From Somniosus microcephalus (taxonomy: Eukaryota), in contig CM126219.1 in the NCBI GenBank assembly GCA_052327205.1, positions 24,800,001 through 24,864,000 of the forward strand: a stretch of DNA of 64,000 bases. Direction: 5' to 3'. The position numbers were made by a program, and so were the translations under genes. Positions 26,808 to 38,600 of the stretch are shown in pieces. The notes below the pieces were generated by a model. The model saw only the letters and a list, made by a program, of their open reading frames with translations, did not search any database and had not been told where the DNA came from. Each line of letters begins with the position of its first letter. Within the stretch, counting starts at the first letter, position 1.

Positions 26808-26830
26808 CGGCCCTCCAGGAGTGTCTTCAT
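26808..26830 (-). pseudogene. candidate exon 1 of the third chitinase paralog
   Basis: ttcaacATGAAGACACTCCTGGAGGGCCG|gtaaac (23 nt instead of 25); TATA-like TACAAAAG about 40 nt upstream. Confidence 0.4.
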
Positions 26831-28283
26831 GTTGAAGGTGATGTTGGAGCTGCTAAGCCAGCTGATATCTTTTGTACATTATTAAGGCAATTTCTTCTCC
26901 CCCTGGATAACAGACTTTATCCCGGAGGAAAGTACACAGCTGTCATTTGTGTTCCAGGGGAACTCTTAACCTCAGTTTCTCATCGTGCGTCTTGTTTTTT
27001 TAAATGCCGGTTATGGACACCATCGATATGGAAAGTGGAAAACCAACACCTTTTTTCTGCAAAATGCTATTCACTTGTTTCCAAGCTGCGGTTCCACCTG
27101 TCTACAGGAATTGTCCCACAGAAAGCCGCTGTGATGATAAGAAATGCGTTTACTTTCAAAATTAAAGATACAACAAAGATAAACTGCATACACTGGAAAT
27201 TTGAAATAATACCGAGAGTGCTGGAAAATCCATGGGCTGCAATCCCAGCGGTTGTACTGGGATCATACCTGCTGGTATCAACCAACACCAACCCTGCTGG
27301 AGTTTGCGGGGTCAGCAGGAGAGTATCGAATTAGCATGGGGCAGGAAGGCACAGGCACCACTAGAAAATCTCTGGTGTCCGCTTGCCCCCTGTGGCTGGA
27401 AACTGCGACTATGTCTGCCCATTGGATTGCCTAGGCTGCCCCCCACCCCCCGCATCCTCCCCAACCACAGCAGGGCTCCCCTCTGATATCCTCCTCTTTG
27501 GGAGTCCAGGCTACTTGCTTGGCGTGTATCCCACCATCAGACCCCACATATTCTCTTGTGGAGGCCAATATGCTTCACCTCACTGGATGTACCGGCCTCC
27601 AGAGCTATCCCAGGCCAGGAAGCCCCCTGCCCTGGCTCTGACCCCTTGTTGTCATTTGCCTTATGAGGGGCAAATGGAGATTCCATCCCTTACACAGCAA
27701 CTGGGAAACTCCTGGAAATAGCGAAGACCCTTTGCCACCTTGTGTTCAAATCCTTCCATGGCCTTGCTCCACACCCTACCTCTGCAGCCTCCTCCAACCA
27801 ACTTTGGTTTTCCACAGGTCTCCTGTGCACCCTCTTCTCTCTGACACACCTTGGAGAGAGAGCTTTATGTTGCCTACCCCTTGCTGCCTGGAACTCCCTC
27901 TTTATACCCCTCGGCCTCTATACTTCATTTTTCTCCATCTTTATACATTTCTTTTTGCCTTTAAAAAACTTTTCAAAAACTCACCTTTTTACCTAAGCCT
28001 TCAATCACGCCTCCTTAAGTCTTTCCCCGGTTGACCATTCCATTTCTCTGAATGCTTTGGGGTTGCTTTCTATGTGGAGTTGTTGCTGTTGTTAGATGTT
28101 TAAGCAAACCAAATAAATTGAAGATGTGACAGATAAACAGTATGTAAAAAAACCAAAATGTTCATAAAGAAACATTGCCAATGTAGTGGACATTACAGAG
28201 CTTGGCAAAGATTTAATTAGATGGTGATGTCAGTTGCCTGGCATTGTTTCTAATTCAGGTACAATAGGGAACCGAATGACAGT

Positions 28284-28370
28284 GGGGGTGAAAATGGTCT
28301 TCACCAGCAGCCCATTGTCCACAGCACCCAATGTTCTTTTCCATTGAAGTCAATGGAGCTTTTCACCCCC
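28284..28370. mobile_element. 87-bp mini MITE
   Basis: TIR GGGGGTGAAAA / TTTTCACCCCC; TSD AGT; internal palindrome ccattgaagtcaatgg. Confidence 0.7.
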
Positions 28371-29596
28371 AGTATCTCCAAGGCAGTGGATTCTGCACTT
28401 TGACTTCTTGGGTCGATATTAAGCTCAGACATTTTTTCTGGAAAATAGAGAAATTCTTCCAAATATGGAAATCTTGCTCTAATTGAATGGCGGAACAGGC
28501 TCGAGGGGCTGAATGGCCGACTCCTGTTCCTATGTGAAGCGGTGATATGTTTGCATTTGACTGCCGATACCATGTGGAACCTGGATTTAATTTCAGAAGT
28601 GAAAGGAGTTGAGTTCAAGCAGATTGAAGGGACACGGGAAGAGGACCAGTAAATGTGATTAGAACTGTGTGCTCGCGCGGAGCATAAATGCCAACACGGC
28701 CTGGTTGGGCCAAATGGTCTGTTTCCATGTTGTAACTTTGATGTATTTCTCTTTAACTGTCATTGTCACTCAGAAATGGATAATCACAGCTAACAGTCGC
28801 TGCACTTCAGGTAATTCATTGCCTGGAGCATTTCGATAAACAAAGTGTTATGTAAATGCAAGTATATAATTTATTAAAAAATACAAAGTAACCCGATCTC
28901 TGCAACTTGTTTTATTTTTCTGTTTCAGTCATTATCTTTAGTTGAGACAAAATTCTTCGAGCCAGCACATTGATGGTTGTTGTAATTTGCTCCATTAGGT
29001 GGTGACATTTTTCATTGATTACACAGAAGGTCAGTTACAGCTTCATTGGTGTTGACTGGAAATCAACAACAGGCTGGAAAAAATAAAGGGAGAAAATTTC
29101 AGTTGGTTAGTGCCTCCAGTTAGCGTCTCCAGTTAGCACCTGGCGGGGGTGCTAATGGGGCGCTGATGCAGTAGCGCCGGGGCGAGGCGAATCCAGTGAC
29201 GCATGCCAAATCTGGACCCCCCCCCCCACCATAGTGCTGCTGCTACGAGTTACCACCGGGGACCTCAGCACCAGGCAGATCGTGACATCAGTGAGTGTGC
29301 GTAGGAGATCATGGCGCTAGGGGTTACCGTCGCCGCAAACCTCAACGGGAATTTCGCGTGCGTCGGTACTCTCACTGTGCCCAGTCGCAAAGCTGGTAAC
29401 GCCCCATTATCGCTTTGTTTGGGTCCTTGCTGTGCGCTAATGGTTGCTGCATTTCCTACAACAGTGACTACACTTCAAAAGTACTTCACTGGCTGTGAAG
29501 TGCTTTGGGACGTCCAGAGGTTGTGAAAGGTGCTATATACTCTTGCTGCTCCCTTTTCTTGCAAGTCTTTTGTTCTTTCTATTGTAACACACAACT

Positions 29597-29921
29597 GGCT
29601 GGGGAATCTAGAACACAGAGTCACAATCTCAGAATAAGGGGTCGGCCATTTAGGACTGATATGAGGAGAAATTTCTTCACTCAACGGGTTGTGAATCTTT
29701 GGAATTCTCTATCCCAGAGAGCTGTGGATACTCAGTCGTTGAGTATATTCAAGACAGAGATTGATAAATTTTTGGGAACTAAGGGAATTAAGGGATATGG
29801 GGATAGTGCGGGAAGGTGGAGTTGAGTTAGTAGATCAGCCATGATCTTGCTGGGTGGTGGAGCAGTCTCGAAGGGCCAAATGGCCGACTCCTGCTCCTAT
29901 TTCTTACGTTCTTATATTCTT
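29597..29921 (+). mobile_element. 5'-truncated CR1
   Basis: TSD AACT; the empty site is visible in the paralog near 812-828. Confidence 0.85.
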
Positions 29922-29963
29922 AACTAACAGGATGGCAGAAGGCGAACGCGATGGACCTTGGCC

Positions 29964-29969
29964 TTTATT
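29964..29969 (-). promoter_or_regulatory. candidate polyadenylation signal AATAAA of the chitinase
   Basis: Conserved in the inverted paralog (772-777); a second conserved AATAAA is at 28870-28875 (paralog about 1524-1529). Confidence 0.45.
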
Positions 29970-30062
29970 CGTCTAGCAATTCCCAAGTTCCTATGATAGT
30001 TGACAGCATCTGAATGTACAAGTGAACCCACTCTGACCTGCATTTATCCAGCCAACATTGTT

Positions 30063-32318
30063 GGGCCAGAAATTCGCGGCAGAAGCGTGAGTACGGTCGA
30101 GGTACTCACGCATTTGGCCGTTGGAAATGCCGGCGTTCAGCAGGAACAGCGCAAGCGGGGAACGCCGGCATTTCCAGACCCGAGGTCTATTCACAGCGCG
30201 TGCGACTGCACAGGCAGCGCTTGCGCAGTGAACTTTGTGGATTTCAATGATGGATTCAGTGAGGGTAAGTCCTTAGAAGTTACACTTGAAAAAAGCAAGT
30301 GTAAAGTTGTTCATTGGCTGCGGAGGAAGATATATTTTATCGTGGAGCTTCTGAAATGCAATATTTTTGTTTGGGAAAGGGAGGGAAGTTATTTTAAGAA
30401 ATTTTAAGTAAGTTTTAAAGTTAAAATTTTTTTTTTTTAAAGGGTTTTCAGAACGGTAGGTAGAAGGAGCAATTGTGGCTGTGTGAATGGAATGTGAGAA
30501 TGAGTTATGTATGTATGTCCACATATATTCCTTTACGTATATGTATGTATGTTTTATATTCCTTTACTAATGTGTATGAATGTATGTTTTTAATTATGAT
30601 TTTCCAATAAGTTACTTTCTCTGAAAGTCATAATTAAATAATACATTCATACACATAAGTAAAGGAATATATACATAACACGCAAAGGAATATATACAGA
30701 CATACATACTTTCAGAAGCTCCACGATAATAAATATCTTCCTCCGCAGCCTCTGGAGCAACTGTACCCATGCTTTTTTCATGTGTAAGTTGTAATGACTT
30801 GACCTCACTGAAAGCATTAATGAAAGCGGCGAATTATACTGCGCACGCGCTGCCTGTGCAGTCGCACGCGTTCTGCCTCTGAACCCCTTCGTTCAGAGGA
30901 CAGGAAATGCCGGTTTTCCCCACATGCACTGTGCATGCTGAAAACCGGCATTTCATCCGGCCAGATGCGTAAGTACCCCGACCGTACTCGCGCATTTGGA
31001 AGGGAATTACTGGGCCAACATTTTACATGTCAATAAAATGAAAAATTTAACAATTGCACGACTTGCCCCCTCGCATCTGCGACTGAGGGTCCAAGGAGGT
31101 GCATTGCGCAAGAGGTCATCATCGTACGCATCCTCACACTGTTCCCTTTGGGGAACTGTATGAAGCGGTGGAAGGATTTATGGCCGTGATTAACGCTCAT
31201 TCCGTGACCGTAACCATCTTTGAACCAGCCATTAGGGTGGTTAGTCCTATGGCGGGAGGGTTTTACGGGCTCCCACAACCCATCTGAGGGGGGGGGCCAC
31301 CAACACCCACGGACGCAAGTATCCCGCTGGATGTCCACCCAGAATTTAAAGTTGGAGCTCCGACTCCACTTGCCGGGACTGTCTGGAGTGGGGTTCAAAA
31401 CCCTACTCCTTCTGGCCCAGCGGCGGGGATGCTTACTGCTATGCAAAAGGCCCACTCCGCACAAAAGGTGACACCCATACGTTTCCTGCGCCTTTTCCCT
31501 CCTCGTGACTGGAGCCCTATGCTGCCATTTCACGTTGCTAATCGGATTGGGCCTTTGTCATAGCGGTAGGATCCCCGCCGCTGGGCCAGATCAGGGTAGG
31601 GTTTCGAACCCCGCTCCAGACAGTCCTGGCAAGTGGAGTCGGAGCTCCGGCTCTAAATTCTGGGTTGACATCCAGTGGGATATTTGCGTCCGTGGGTGTG
31701 GGTGGCCCCCCCTCCTTGTATAGCTTGTGGGAGCCCGTAAAACCCTCCCGCCATAGGACTAACTGCCCTAATGGCTGGTTCAAAGATGGTTACGGTCACG
31801 GAATGAGCGTTAATCATGGCCATAAATCCTTCCACCACTTCATACAGTTCCCCAAAGGGAACAGTGTGAAGACACGTATGACGACGACATTGCTAAATAA
31901 ATAAATGGAATTAAAAAAATTCTTTTAGGGCTTTTAAAAGTCTTTAAATTGCTTTAATTCTCTTTAAAACTACTTCAGATTACTCAAAATAATGTAAACA
32001 TTTTAAAAAGTTTATAAAAGTTACCAAAATCTTCAAAAAACTTCCAAAAACCTATTTAAACTGCTGCTTTGCATGTAAAAATGCTTAGCAGCTTGACAGA
32101 AACATTGGGGGCGTGTCCAGTGAAACTGAGACCTCAAGGGGCGTGTCTCACTTGCACTGCACACTCCTGGCTTCGCGCTGGCTGCACTCCTGGGCGGCAT
32201 GACGTCATACGCTGCCCGGGATTCTTCTTTTTCAAACACCAAGTCCAGGCGTCCCTGGAGCTGATCGGCAGTAGTGCGGGGTAAGTGCATATACGGGGCT
32301 TGCACGCGCGGCAAGCCC
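30063..32318. mobile_element. unclassified 2256-bp insertion made of two long palindromes and terminal hairpins
   Basis: Absent in the paralog (empty site near 671-690); GTT repeated on both sides; palindromes at 30059-31020 and 31115-31888. Confidence 0.8.
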
Positions 32319-32357
32319 GTTATTTATCTCAGTAGAGTGCACGTACCTCCTTTGACA

Positions 32358-32623
32358 TCAAGGCCAGTTGCAGCAATTGCAGGAAGGATCAAAGACTAAT
32401 CCAGTGGCACATTCATTCACGTAGGTCATTCCATTAACACATCGATAGTATATGTTCTTATTTTCTGGGTCCACGTAGAAACCATTGGATTTGCCAGAGC
32501 AAAATTGGGGGTTGCCAGGACTAGTCTTCCCACCAGGAGGAGCAGCAGTAGTGGGAAGAGGAGGAGCAGCAGTAGTGGGATGAGGAGGAGTAGCAGTAGT
32601 GGGATGAGCAGGAGCCAAACATT
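32358..32623 (-). CDS. chia: chitinase exon 11 (P/T linker and CBM14 chitin-binding domain)
   Basis: Three PxxPTTAx-type repeats, then FCSGKSNG...YYRCVNG...[17 protein letters not shown]. Confidence 0.95.
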
Positions 32624-35600
32624 CTAGAAGGAAACAAGTTTCATTAATTCACAGTTTGTTTAAAAATTGATGTAAATTGATGTCGAGCATTGCATATTAA
32701 AGAGACATTGGGGGCGAATTTCGATTCCGCCCGAAACAGGGGCGATGTCCGAGGTTGAGGCAGTGCCACTCGCTCGAAACCCACATGGTTTGAAAGCTGC
32801 CGATGAGTAGCGGGCATCGAATGGGCATCCCACCGCAGGTCGCCAATTGTGGGAGGGCGGGAAAACCAGCCGGCCACCGCTCCCAGCCGGCTGGGAGGTC
32901 GGGCATGAGGAGGATGGGAGCTAAGCCCGCAGGAGGTTGAGCGCGGGCTGGCAGCAGCCTGCATTATTTCCTCCAGGCCCCACAAAAACTCTCACAAAGA
33001 AGTTTTTAGGCTTTTCCTGCCGCCAGCAGTCATTTAAGGGCCGCTGGTTAGGCCGCTCAGCCCTTGGTACGCTCAGCTCATTGGTACCTCAAAATTGCAA
33101 ATGGGGATCTACAACCGGCGGAGAGACCCGATTTGCATATTTAAGCAGCATCCTACCATGCTGCTCGCCTATTTGCAGGCCCAACTGAAAATTGCACCGG
33201 ACGGCTCCCCGCAACCTGCCCCAACTCCCCCCGCCCCCTCCTCACTCCCACCCATCCCGCTCCCGATTTTCAATTGCAGGCTGTCCGTTTTCAAGTGAGA
33301 AATAGGTAGAGGTCCCTTGAAAATCGCTCCCATTGTGGAACTTTGCAGGTAAACCCAGTTCCTGGGATCTCGAGAGACAGGTTGCTCAGTAAAGTTAGTT
33401 CAATGAGCAGCATTGAGGACAAGTCATGATGTTAAGTGGTGACTTATGAAATGTAAATTTTGAAATGTGGTTTTATTTTCACTCAGCATCAGCTGACAAA
33501 ATATAGGTGGGCGGTCCCTCTGATTAAAAGCTTGTGATGGTGTTACAGGTCATTTTATCACATGATGTTGCTCCTTTAAATGGCCGTAGACTTGAACACT
33601 GGGTTAAATATGTCAGGCAGTATCTGTGGAGAGAGAAACAGAGTTAACGTTTCAGGTCGATGACCTGCTGAGTATTTCCAGCATTTTCTGTTTTTATTTC
33701 AGATTTCCAGCATTCCTTCTCCCTCATCTGCTTCTCTAACCGCCCCTTAAATGCATCGATACTATTCGCTTCAATCACTCCCTGACGTAGTGAGTTCCAC
33801 ATTCTCACCACTCTCTGAGTAAAGATGTTTCTTCTGAATTCACTATTTGATTTCTTGGTGACTATCTTATATTGATGGCCTTTAGTTTTGCTCTTCCCCA
33901 CAAGTGGAAACATTCTTTCTGTGTTTACTCTATCAAAACCTTTCATAATTTTAAAGAACTCTATTAGGTCACCCCTCAGCCTTCTGCCTGTTCATCTTTT
34001 CCTGATAGGTGAGCCCTCGCGTTTCTGGTATCATCCTTGTAAATCAAGTGGGTATTATTTCCTTAATGTTTGTACATATAAGCCATACTACAGCTCCTGT
34101 TATCAAGTTTATTATTGGTATTACATACTCATTGGAAAATCCAACCATAATTTATGATCTCCACTGTTGAGGTATACGAGGGTTGAAGTCACACTATGTG
34201 ATATTAATAACCAATGTGATAATGCACTCATGTGAAATTCCTCTGGCTGCCATTTTAACCAGAGGTCTCAGCCTGTCGGGTTAATGTCTTAAGTAGTGGG
34301 TAATGAAATTTCAGACAAATATGCTAACAAGTGAATTACTAATATCAAACTGTGCGATTTAACACCACAATGTGTGGCTCTGTATTGTTGTGTCAATTTT
34401 GGTTTAGGATATTAATGCTAGCAATTCACATTAATTTCCTTCTAGTCAGGTAAGCAGAAGCAATGCCAACTGAAAGGATGATTTTCAGACGCATTTAGGT
34501 AATTTAAGGGCTCGCCGTACTGACTTTCTATTAAGCAACAACAAGTAGATGGTTCTGGCCGTAGAAAGTCACGACAAGGAATTACCTGGATTAATTTTAA
34601 GACCACTGTGTAGCTTGCTGATGAGAGGATAACGTCCCTGGTGGCAGAAAGTGCCACTGAAATCATCCAGAGAAAGGGTCCACACCATAGCTCCTCCAAT
34701 ATTGTTTTGCTTCAGCCACTTGATCTGGAATACAATATGGAAAAAATTCATCATGTGAATCACTGATAGCCTGCGGGCTTCTCTTCAAATGTGGTTGCAA
34801 GATCTAAAATATCCCAAATCATGAAGATAAAAACCACTCTGATTCTTATGTGTTATGTCTGAGGAAACACTCGTATCGGTGTGCTATTAACCAACTGCTT
34901 TTATTTCCAGATCCTCTAAAATCTTCCGGTCAAAGAATAACAAAAGCAATACAAGAGAGACCTTAGCGTGTAATTGCTACAATGTGCTTACTCCCATCAG
35001 GGAGCCATCCAGTTTTCAGTTAACTATATGCAAGTATCATTATGGAAGTACGCAGAGCTCCATCGCAACATACATATTGCTTTATATGGGAGTCTAGGGG
35101 GAATGAGGAAAAAAATTCCCATTTAGAAACACCTCAGTTTCAATTATCAATAATATTACTGCATTCGTATCTAAGGTGGCTCTGTTTCTGTCACAGTGTG
35201 TGGGTTGGGCACAATGAGATGAGTCGAAAAATAATATATGAATTTCTCGCTATATTGTTGTGTGAGGGGGTGAATCAGAAATAACAAGAGCAGCAATTGT
35301 AAATGTTGTCATGCCTAATTGTGTCTAACAAATTACAAAAGAAAATGGTTGGTTTTCCAAATACAGTTATTGAAAATCCCCATGATTAAAATAATGCTCA
35401 GAAAATCGTGGCTGCATTTTAGTTCTTGATATGTGGAGCTGGTGGGCAAGGCTCCTCAGTGGCTATGTGCATTCGGAAAGTCAGTCTTAAAGTGTACAGC
35501 AGTATGCATAGCGCACCTTGTCTTCATAGCTTTGTGGATTATCATAGCCAACCCATTCATTTCCCTTATATGCGTATGGAACCATCTGTGAAGAGTCCCA

Positions 35601-38600
35601 TTTTTCGGTCGCACCTTTTAAGAAGAGGCAGATCTGTTGAAAGAATGAGACATTAGGATGCAACACTTTGTAGTTAAATTTTCACTGGTTTGCAGTAATT
35701 CAAGTGCAGTAAAGATCTACTTAAATTAATTAGCTCCTGTTAGGTTTACTCAGCTCTTCTGGACTTTTTCTTCTGTAATACACATTACACTTTACTTAGA
35801 ATCTATGGGGAGTACAGTAATTTGATTTTGGGTGATAGTGTAAAATGGGGGAGATCGATTCAGCCACCTGTTATACATCTCTCCCAGTTTTCAGCGGGAG
35901 AGCTCGTTACTTTTGAACTATCACCCAAAGTCAAAAATATCCCCTTTGAATTTTGATCCAAATTACCAAACCCCAAGCAATGCCTCATAAGGTGACACAA
36001 ATATTTACTGAAGGGTATCTGGCCATTCCCCACATGGCAAGTTCCCAGTCTCGACCATGCCATTATGAGGTGGTGCCCAGCTGAGGCCAGTAGCCTTCTG
36101 ATAGAGAGGGTATCCAAAGAATTGGCTCAAGAATGATATTGGAAGTAACCTCAGGCCCAGGTCTTTGCCCAGCTTATCCATTAGGGAATTGTGCAAGGCA
36201 ATCAGGAACAAACGGCGGAAAGAAAAATAACTTTTACACCTGGCAAAAACTAACTGCTTGAAAAGGAAGCATCTGAAGTTATAGAGTTTTATAAGATAGT
36301 AAATGGCATGGAAAAGGTAAATCTGGAATAGTACTTTAAACTGTGGGAGTAAGACAAGGAGACACAAGTTCAGACTAGGAATAGGTAACTTTAGGCTTGA
36401 TATCAGGAGATCCTTCTTCACACAGAGAGAATTCCAACAATTGGAATGAACATCCCAGTAGAATTGTAGGGGCAAAAACTCTGGAAGTATTTAAGAAACA
36501 ACTGGATGCTGCAATAGGACTGTAGGGCGCTTCTCGAAGAATAAACTAATATGGCCACAATGGTCTTCCTCAACCATTATTATCTTGTGATAAACAGGCG
36601 ACGAGATAACAAAGTTCCCAGTCAGTCTAAATTGTTTCCCCTCCTCCCATCCACCTTAAGGAAATTGATATATAATTAATGTCAATTAAGCTTATGTTTT
36701 CTCATGGCAAAATATGAGATTTTCAAGGAGCTTGGATAGTTAGTATATTTTGTAAATACCTCAAAGTAGGCCAGGAACCCAGTTTGTTGTGTGTAATGCC
36801 CAGCTGGTCCAGCGCCATTTGCTGGGGCATCGACAGCAGTGTTGGATGTGCTCAGTCTGAATGTGTGACCATAAGCAGGGAATCCAGCGTTCAGTTTCTC
36901 TGCAGGAGCTCCGTTATCCTTCCAGTATTTCATGGTGTAGGCCTGTGCAGAGATTGGTAACATTAACGCTTAGTTTCAAGAAGACTGCAAGCATTTTATA
37001 AAAGATGGTGAGCTAGTTGTAAAACTGAAATAATTAACATTCATGAATGCGTACCATATTAAAGTACCGGTTACCGCCTTGGGCGGAAGGGAGGGCATAA
37101 AGAGGACTATTTTCTCCAGCGAAGGTATTCCATGGACCATAGAAATCATATGTCATCACATTGAAAAAGTCTAGAGTTCTGTAGGAAGGAAGATCTGTGA
37201 GTAACATTGATATCTTACCAAGTAAAATATATATTCATTCTTAACCTTATTCTCAGTCTTCTCTTCTTCCTGTAATCTAAAGCCCAATTGATGTTTCACC
37301 TCCCTTACTGCTCTGTTTCCCTTGTCTTCTCTCTTACTCTTTTCCACCATGGTATTGTCCTGCACTACGGGCCTTGGCCCATCATCTAGGTTATTCAGCA
37401 ATAAAATAATGGAATATTTTGACTAGGATATCCCTGAAAATATAAATTATGAACATGATCGTTGCTTTGTGACACAATTGTAGTGTTTGTATAGGAAAGA
37501 AAGCAGTGTGTTAATTGCCTTAAATTCTCCGGTAATGTTTTATGAACATATTGAGATTATATTCAAATCTTAATCTGAGCGTTGAACCCACTGGGACAGA
37601 CTATCATCAAACAGCTTCACCTATACTTAACTGAGGACTTAGTGCTACCTCCCAATTGAGGATAGAAATTAAGGCAAAAAAATCCCCCAGAATATAGTGA
37701 ATATGTATAACTGGCTCTATTGATTTTGATACCTTTAAAGAGATTGATATCTGTTGAGAAGAGGGTCAAAGCTTATCGAGGTATTAACAGCACTGCTTGA
37801 GTTTTGTTTTCCCTAGGGAAGATAAGGAAAGGAACTATTGGTGTCCCTTAATGTAGAGCATTAGCAATACTGTAGGAGGGAAACACATAATAGGCAAATC
37901 ATTCATGAACCCTGCAATGAGCAGGATTGAAGGGCTAAATGCCTTTTTCTCAATTCAGCCGTTTTTAAGTTATGATTTCAACAAATAACTTAAAATTCAT
38001 TCCGGTGGCTTCCAACCTGAATTAAAGGCTTCAGTTAACTAAGAGCTTTATAGCAACTCCAACCGCCAGAAACAAGGAGTAGTTGAGGCGAATAGTAGAG
38101 ATGCATTTAAGGAGAAACTCGATAAGCACATGAGGGAGAAAGGAATAGAAGGATAGGCTGATAGGGTTAGATGAAGTGAGGTGGGAGGAGGCTCGTGTGC
38201 AGCATAAACACCGGCACGGCCTGTTTCTCTGCTGTAAATTCAATGTAATTCAATCAGTAACTAGTGGTGTTCCGCAGGGGTCAGTGCTGGGTCCCCAACT
38301 CTTTACAATCTATATTAATGATTTGGAGGAGGGGACCGAGTGTAACATATCAAAGTTTGCAGATGATACAAAGATGGGAGGGAAAGTAGTGAGTGAGGAG
38401 TGATATGCCATCAATAACTCAAAGACAAGGATTCAACTGAAGGTTTTTAATCACTAAGAACATTGCAGGTCTTCCCACATCGGGTTCGTCTGGTAGGAAT
38501 GACTCATACAGCTCTTGAGACCTTTATATGGCAAAAGACAGGGGCGTAGCCAATACACACAATAGGAACAAAAGGGGGCGGTTCACACAATACAAGCAGG

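Noticed and set aside
31030-31904. Paired similar ORFs on opposite strands
   Set aside because: A by-product of the palindrome; no recognisable protein motif, and the frames differ between arms.
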